Under the pieces are notes generated by a model. The model ran no database searches, had not been told where the DNA came from, and saw only the letters and a list, made by a program, of their open reading frames with translations. From positions 1-38,732 of the forward strand of contig CAZPLE010000113.1 in NCBI GenBank assembly GCA_964587375.1: a stretch of 38,732 nt of DNA, read 5' to 3'. Shown in pieces: positions 34,024 to 38,732 of the stretch. Numbering within the stretch: the first letter of the stretch is position 1; each line of letters begins with the position of its first letter. This stretch comes from an uncultured bacterium. Its GTDB lineage: Bacteria > Ratteibacteria > UBA8468 > MWAK01. Position numbers and translations under genes: made by a program.

Positions 34024-34620
34024 ATGAGTAAAAAAATTGTTTCCCTTGTCTCTTTCTTTTCCGTAGGCACCATTATTCTTTTGCTCACACTCTCTCTTTC
34101 TGGCCGAAAAAACGTTTCCTCTTCTTCGGAAACAAGCAGCCGCGAAGAAGTTACTGACTTTCACTACGAAAAGATGGAGGCTGGGTTAAGCACAGCGGTG
34201 TGGGGGGAAGCCGCAACCATCTCACAAGAGACCAGTAGTGGCACCATTATTGAACCCGCAGCACGTTTGGAAACCGCTGATAACAAAATAATCCTTATTC
34301 ATACCGGACCACAAGGTACGGCAGAAATAAATCTTGACTCTGAAAAAGGGAATATAAAACAGATCATTTTGAAGGGTAGGGTAACAATTACCAGAAAGGA
34401 CAAGAAAAGCGGAGTGATTGAATTTACCGCTGAGGCCGAAAGAGCGGAATTCAACTATTCTGCCCAGGAAATGATTCTTACTGGTAATCCGGTAATCAGA
34501 CAAGGGGAGAATGAATTTCGGGGTGAAATTATCCGTTATCTCTTGAGAGATGGTAAAATATTTATTGAAAAGGGCGCCTCGGGTAAAGTTTACTATGAGG
34601 AAAAGAAGCCTTCTTCCTAA
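34024..34620 (+). CDS. OstA-like LPS transport protein (LptC/LptA family), N-terminally anchored
   Basis: It has an N-terminal TM helix (IVSLVSFFSVGTIILLLTL). The C-terminal beta-jellyroll-type pattern is MILTGNPVIRQGENEFRGEIIRYLLRDGKIFIEKG. Its position after kdsD matches lptC. Confidence 0.6.
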   Translation: MSKKIVSLVSFFSVGTIILLLTLSLSGRKNVSSSSETSSREEVTDFHYEKMEAGLSTAVWGEAATISQETSSGTIIEPAARLETADNKIILIHTGPQGTAEINLDSEKGNIKQIILKGRVTITRKDKKSGVIEFTAEAERAEFNYSAQEMILTGNPVIRQGENEFRGEIIRYLLRDGKIFIEKGASGKVYYEEKKPSS

Positions 34621-35497
34621 AAAATCTTTTTCCCTTTTTCTTGTTCTTGGGCTATCCCTTTTTCTGATTGGCATTAAACCCCTTTTCTCTGAACAGGAAA
34701 TAAAGGTAAGACTCTTGCAAAACGGCATAGTAAAAGAGATTGAACTGGAGAATTATGTTTGCGGAGTTCTCGCCGGAGAAATTTCGCCTTATTGGCCACT
34801 GGAGGCGGTAAAGGCGATGGCGGTATGCGCCCGCACATTTGTTGTCAATAAAATGTTGCGCAACTATCATAACCATTATCACCTTACTGACCAGGTCTTT
34901 GACCAGGTTTACAACCCTAATTTCTGGCAGCACGAAATTTTCTGGAGAGCCGTTCAGGAGACGCGGGGGGAAGTCCTCACCTACCAAGGTGAACTTGCAA
35001 TGGTCTATTTCTGCGCCAGTTCCGGGGGGTATACCGCCAGTGCGGCTTCCGTGTGGGGCAACCAGATACCCTACCTAAAAGCCCTGCCGGATCCTTATAG
35101 CCAAGAGAACCCTTATTCCTACTGGTCACTGACTCTGAAATCGGTTGATTTTCTAAAGGCTCTGGGCCTCTTTGGAAAATTAAAGAACGTAGAGATAGCA
35201 GATCGGGACGAAAGTTACCGAGTAAAGGTTTTAAAAGTAACCCTTCTCTCCGGAGACTTTTTCTTCTCCGGACAAAAACTGCGCGAGGCGCTTGGTTTCA
35301 ACCGCTTACGGAGTACTCTTTTTGAGGTAAGCATGAAAGACAATGAGGTTACCTTTACCGGTAGGGGTTGGGGGCATGGGGTCGGCCTTTCTCAGTGGGG
35401 ATCAAAGAAGATGGCGGAAGAAGGATTTACCTACGAGCAGATTCTTACCTTTTATTTTCCCGGTACTATTCTGGGGGAGATAGCAACCAAGAAATAA
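34595..35497 (+). CDS. SpoIID/LytB-domain protein (peptidoglycan lytic transglycosylase / amidase-enhancer family)
   Basis: A signal peptide is followed by YVCGVLAGEI, AMAVCARTFVV, FCASSGGYTASAASVWG, PYLKALPDPY and GRGWGHGVGLSQWGSKKMAEEG. Confidence 0.85.
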   Translation: MRKRSLLPKKSFSLFLVLGLSLFLIGIKPLFSEQEIKVRLLQNGIVKEIELENYVCGVLAGEISPYWPLEAVKAMAVCARTFVVNKMLRNYHNHYHLTDQVFDQVYNPNFWQHEIFWRAVQETRGEVLTYQGELAMVYFCASSGGYTASAASVWGNQIPYLKALPDPYSQENPYSYWSLTLKSVDFLKALGLFGKLKNVEIADRDESYRVKVLKVTLLSGDFFFSGQKLREALGFNRLRSTLFEVSMKDNEVTFTGRGWGHGVGLSQWGSKKMAEEGFTYEQILTFYFPGTILGEIATKK

Positions 35498-35536
35498 CCA
35501 TAGGAACTTCTCTTCAAATTTAAAAAGGAGGTTAAA

Positions 35537-35845
35537 GTGGAATTAAAGGTTATCGTCCGTAACAATACGGATTTTCCTCCTTTATTGGAGGAGTATCTCT
35601 CCAAAAAAGTAGAGCGTCTGAAGCGTTATACTAACCAGGGTGCTCTTAGTGTGGAAGCGATTGCCTCAGAGGAAGGGCCTCAAAAGGTATGTGAACTCCT
35701 CACCCGATTAAAGGGAAAGGAAATCTTTGCGCGGGGGAAAGGAGATGATTTCAAAAAGGCGATTGATGAGGTCCACCAACGATTTAAAATGCAACTGGAA
35801 AAATACTTTAAAAAGAAGATTGATTCCAAAAGGAGGATTAAATGA
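35537..35845 (+). CDS. hpf: Ribosome hibernation promoting factor (short HPF/RaiA type)
   Basis: 102 aa, with a GTG start 5 nt after AGGAGG. The N-terminus (VIVRNNTDFPPLLEEYLSKKVERLKRY) is typical of sigma54-modulation / S30EA proteins. Confidence 0.85.
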   Translation: MELKVIVRNNTDFPPLLEEYLSKKVERLKRYTNQGALSVEAIASEEGPQKVCELLTRLKGKEIFARGKGDDFKKAIDEVHQRFKMQLEKYFKKKIDSKRRIK

Positions 35846-36306
35846 AAATTACGGAATATCTGGTGCCGGAAGCTATTATTCCTTCACTACGAAGTTCTGA
35901 CAAAGAAGGCGCCATAAAAGAGATTGTGGAGGCATTAGCCCGGGCAGGATTAGTCAAAAATGTCGATCAGACAGTGGGAGCCCTTCTGGAAAGAGAGAAA
36001 CTGGGCAGTACTGGAATTGGACAGAATATCGCTGTTCCCCATGCCAAAAGCGAAGAGGTCAAAAATTTGGTATTGGGAGTCGGTATTTCTGAAAAAGGGG
36101 TGGATTTTGACGCACTTGACGGTGACCTGGTAAACATTATCTTTCTGGTGATTGCTCCGGTGGATGCTACTGGTCTCCATCTAAAAGTTCTGGCGCGCAT
36201 TGCCCGTCTCCTCAAAGACAAGGTCTTCCGAAACTCCTTACGTAACTGTAAGACTGTAGAAAAGATCTACGAAACAATCAAAGAAGAGGACGAAAGGTCT
36301 GCATGA
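35842..36306 (+). CDS. ptsN: PTS EIIA-Ntr type protein (fructose/mannitol-family EIIA)
   Basis: The phospho-His context is GIGQNIAVPHAK. The length and the position directly after hpf match ptsN. It overlaps hpf by 4 nt. Confidence 0.85.
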   Translation: MKITEYLVPEAIIPSLRSSDKEGAIKEIVEALARAGLVKNVDQTVGALLEREKLGSTGIGQNIAVPHAKSEEVKNLVLGVGISEKGVDFDALDGDLVNIIFLVIAPVDATGLHLKVLARIARLLKDKVFRNSLRNCKTVEKIYETIKEEDERSA

Positions 36307-38045
36307 AAAGATTTAAGGGAATTGGTGTCTCTCCCGGAATTACCGTAGGGCCTGCCTATCGTATGCCGGACCTGCGCACTCTGGTTCCGAAACATACCCT
36401 GCCCCCTGAAGAAGTGGCTTTTGAAATCAACCGCCTGGAGAAGGCTTTTCAGGAAACGCAAAGTGAATTGAAAAAGATAAGAAGTCAAATAGCTAAAAAG
36501 ACAGGGGCGCTGGAAGCCGACATATTCAACATTCACTTACTCTTGCTTCATGACCGGGAACTTAAAAGAAAAATAATAGACCGGATAAAGGAAGGTGCCA
36601 ATGCAGCCTATGCTGTCCAGATGGTTTTCCACCAGTATCTGGAAAACTTAAACAGAGTTAGCAACGTCCACTTGAAAGAGAGACGGTTTGACCTGGAAGA
36701 TGTGGGAAAACGGTTATTGCGTAACCTTCTGGGAATAAAAGGTTACCTCTCTGACTTGAAAGAAAAAGTTATCCTGGTGGCACACAACCTTTCCCCTTCT
36801 GAAACTGCTTCACTTAACAGAAAGATGGTTTCTGCTTTTATCACCGATATCGGTGGGCCCACCTCCCATACCGCCATTATGGCCAGGGCACTGGAGATTC
36901 CGGCGGTGGTAGGGCTTAAGGACGCCAGTGAAGTAATTAATCCGGGTGATACCTTGATTGTGGACGGCCAAGAAGGAGTAGTTATTGCAGACCCGGATGA
37001 ATTTAGTCTTAAAGAATACAGCCGTCGCCTCAGTAATCTCCGTAAAATTCACCGGGCCCTTTCCCCACTTAAAAACGTGGCTGCCCGCACCAGGGATGGC
37101 CACCGGGTCACAATTGGAGCCAATATAGAATTGCCCAATGAGATCTCATCCGTCCTGCAGCACGGTGCGGACGAAATCGGCCTCTTCCGAACCGAATTCT
37201 TATACCTAAATCGTGATGGCCTTCCTTCTGAAGAAGAGCAGTTCCGGGTCTATCGCCATGTTGTAGAAAAGATAAATCCGCTGCCGGTAACTATCCGAAC
37301 CCTTGACCTGGGTGGAGATAAGTTTTCTTCAGTGTTGGAAATGCCGGAGGAAGTTAACCCCTTTCTGGGCTGGCGGGCAATCCGTTTCTGTCTTTCCCGA
37401 CCTGATATTTTTAAATCACAACTGCGCGCTATCTTGCGCGCCAGTGCATTTGGAACGGTCCGAATAATGTACCCGCTGATCTCAGACGTGGAAGAAATAA
37501 AAATGGCAAGCGCTATTATGGATACAGTAAAGACCGAACTGCGCCAAGAAGGAAAGAAATTTTCACCTTCGCTGGCAATTGGCGCTATGATTGAAGTTCC
37601 CTCAGCCGCACTTACCGCGAATAGTATCGCAAAGCATGTGGATTTTTTTAGTATCGGAACCAATGACCTGATTCAGTATTCCCTTGCTGTGGATCGAACC
37701 AATGTTCGTACCGCTTATCTCTATAATCCGGCCCATCCGGCAATCTTACGTTTAATTTCGGAAATTATCACTGCCGGACACCGACACCGCATTCCGGTTG
37801 GTTTATGTGGAGAAATGGCTGCAGACCCGGCCCTGGCCTTTCTTCTCATCGGCCTGGGTATTGACGAACTCTCTATGGCTCCGCTGGCGATACCGGAAGT
37901 TAAACAGATGATTCTTTTAATTACTTTGGCGGAAGCCAAAGAATTTGCCAAAAAGATAATGAGCCTGTCATCTGCCAGCGAGATTGATCTTTTAGTAAAG
38001 AAGAAGTACCAGGAGATTGTAAAGAAGAAGGAAGAGGAAAGATGA
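36303..38045 (+). CDS. ptsI: Phosphoenolpyruvate--protein phosphotransferase (PTS Enzyme I), without a GAF domain
   Basis: GIGVSPGI, the active-site His in GGPTSHTAIMARALEIPAVVG, the PEP-utilising TIM barrel (IGTNDLIQY) and the catalytic CGEMA are present. It overlaps ptsN by 4 nt. Confidence 0.92.
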   Translation: MKRFKGIGVSPGITVGPAYRMPDLRTLVPKHTLPPEEVAFEINRLEKAFQETQSELKKIRSQIAKKTGALEADIFNIHLLLLHDRELKRKIIDRIKEGANAAYAVQMVFHQYLENLNRVSNVHLKERRFDLEDVGKRLLRNLLGIKGYLSDLKEKVILVAHNLSPSETASLNRKMVSAFITDIGGPTSHTAIMARALEIPAVVGLKDASEVINPGDTLIVDGQEGVVIADPDEFSLKEYSRRLSNLRKIHRALSPLKNVAARTRDGHRVTIGANIELPNEISSVLQHGADEIGLFRTEFLYLNRDGLPSEEEQFRVYRHVVEKINPLPVTIRTLDLGGDKFSSVLEMPEEVNPFLGWRAIRFCLSRPDIFKSQLRAILRASAFGTVRIMYPLISDVEEIKMASAIMDTVKTELRQEGKKFSPSLAIGAMIEVPSAALTANSIAKHVDFFSIGTNDLIQYSLAVDRTNVRTAYLYNPAHPAILRLISEIITAGHRHRIPVGLCGEMAADPALAFLLIGLGIDELSMAPLAIPEVKQMILLITLAEAKEFAKKIMSLSSASEIDLLVKKKYQEIVKKKEEER

Positions 38046-38732
38046 AGATAAGTTTTTCCCCCCGAATGATCCCGGAAAGCAACCTGAAAAGTGCGGAAAA
38101 TCTTAAAGAAGCCATCAAACGGTTTGATAAATCGGAAATGCTCCATCTTTTGAAAGAGTTTCCCCGTCAGATGGAAGTTGCCCAGCAATTGAAAGAGGAG
38201 CCCATCCTAAAAGTGAAGGATATAAAAAGGGTTATCATCTCCGGATTAGGTGGTTCCGCCATCTGCGGAGATTTGCTCCGGGATTCTTTCTCTCCGGAAT
38301 TGAGAATTCCTCTCTTTGTCAACCGTAGCTATTCGCTGCCTGACTGGACCGATAGAGAAACTCTGGTGCTCTTGATAAGTTATTCCGGCGATACCGAAGA
38401 GACCGTTTCTGCCTACCTTGATGCTCGTCAAAAAGGAGCTTGGCTGGGGGTTATCTGTAGTGGGGGTCAACTGGGAGACCTGGCATTAGCCGATTCTATT
38501 CCCAGAATCTTGGTTCCAAAGGGATACCCACCCAGAACAGCTCTGGGTTTTCTCTTCCTTGGCGCCATTAGATTCATGGAAAGCGCAAGACTATTGCGAA
38601 TTTCTGCTCAACAATTGAGGGAGACGATAAAAAGAATAAGAGAGACGGTTGCGGAGAACGAACCGAATAAGGAATATACTCAAAACCCGGCGCGGAAGAT
38701 TGCAGCGGCTTTGAGGGGTACGGTGCCGGTAA
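38042..38732 (+). CDS. Bifunctional phosphoglucose/phosphomannose isomerase family protein (SIS domain), partial
   Basis: It is absent from the ORF track because no stop falls in the window. Frame 38042 is open to the window end. The translation (...LLKEFPRQMEVA...RVIISGLGGSAICGDLL...LVLLISYSGDTEET...) fits the PGI/PMI family. The ATG overlaps the ptsI stop (ATGA). Confidence 0.75.
   Translation, partial: MKISFSPRMIPESNLKSAENLKEAIKRFDKSEMLHLLKEFPRQMEVAQQLKEEPILKVKDIKRVIISGLGGSAICGDLLRDSFSPELRIPLFVNRSYSLPDWTDRETLVLLISYSGDTEETVSAYLDARQKGAWLGVICSGGQLGDLALADSIPRILVPKGYPPRTALGFLFLGAIRFMESARLLRISAQQLRETIKRIRETVAENEPNKEYTQNPARKIAAALRGTVPV

Noticed and set aside
1-38732. A search of the whole window for CRISPR arrays, tRNA/rRNA genes, transposases/integrases, toxin-antitoxin pairs, reverse transcriptases and restriction or other defence genes.
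   Set aside because: No intergenic region exceeds about 140 nt, and I saw no repeat-spacer periodicity. None of the translated ORFs has the hallmark motifs of these classes. A by-eye scan cannot exclude short dispersed repeats, which a self-dot-plot or BLASTN self-comparison would settle.

Overview
The window is compact and almost entirely protein-coding, on both strands. I could support no rRNA, tRNA, CRISPR array, transposase, integrase or long non-coding stretch. All calls come from reading the supplied translations and the raw sequence by eye; no searches were run.

The gene content points to a diderm anaerobe:
- LPS genes: kdsA, kdsD, lptF, lptG and an LptC/LptA-like gene.
- Rubrerythrin and NikR.
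- An H-X9-DG (DUF1559-type) pseudopilin-like protein, a family expanded in Planctomycetota, Verrucomicrobiota, Lentisphaerota and Omnitrophota-like lineages. The taxonomic reading is inference only.

Layout of the window:
1. 138-10411 (+): a tightly coupled seven-gene carbohydrate operon. It has the H-X9-DG protein, three signal-peptide-less glycoside hydrolases, a membrane-anchored orphan ABC solute-binding protein, a creatinase/M24-fold protein that appears to lack metal ligands, and a CE4 deacetylase.
2. 10435-12280 (-): cutA, a DUF2905 gene, a lipoprotein gene and rubrerythrin.
3. 12419-25665 (+): a long co-directional run of trpS, hisC, cdaA, a 51-aa CdaR remnant, pdxJ, an N-domain-less clpB, an araA-less pentose/polyol module (SrlD-like SDR, xylose-isomerase-like protein, araB, araD, URO-D-fold protein), argC and aroE.
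4. lptF-lptG (-), then nikR (+) and a membrane protein of unknown function (-).
5. nusA, a minimal 505-aa infB and a HIT gene (+).
6. kdsA, kdsD, an LptC-like gene, a SpoIID-like gene, hpf, ptsN, ptsI and a partial PGI/PMI gene (+).

I see no defence-type or mobile novel system. The best candidates for undescribed biology are the pseudopilin-led glycan operon that has no transporter core, the araA-less sugar module with a divergent xylose-isomerase-like enzyme, and the recurring trimming or rewiring of otherwise conserved core operons.
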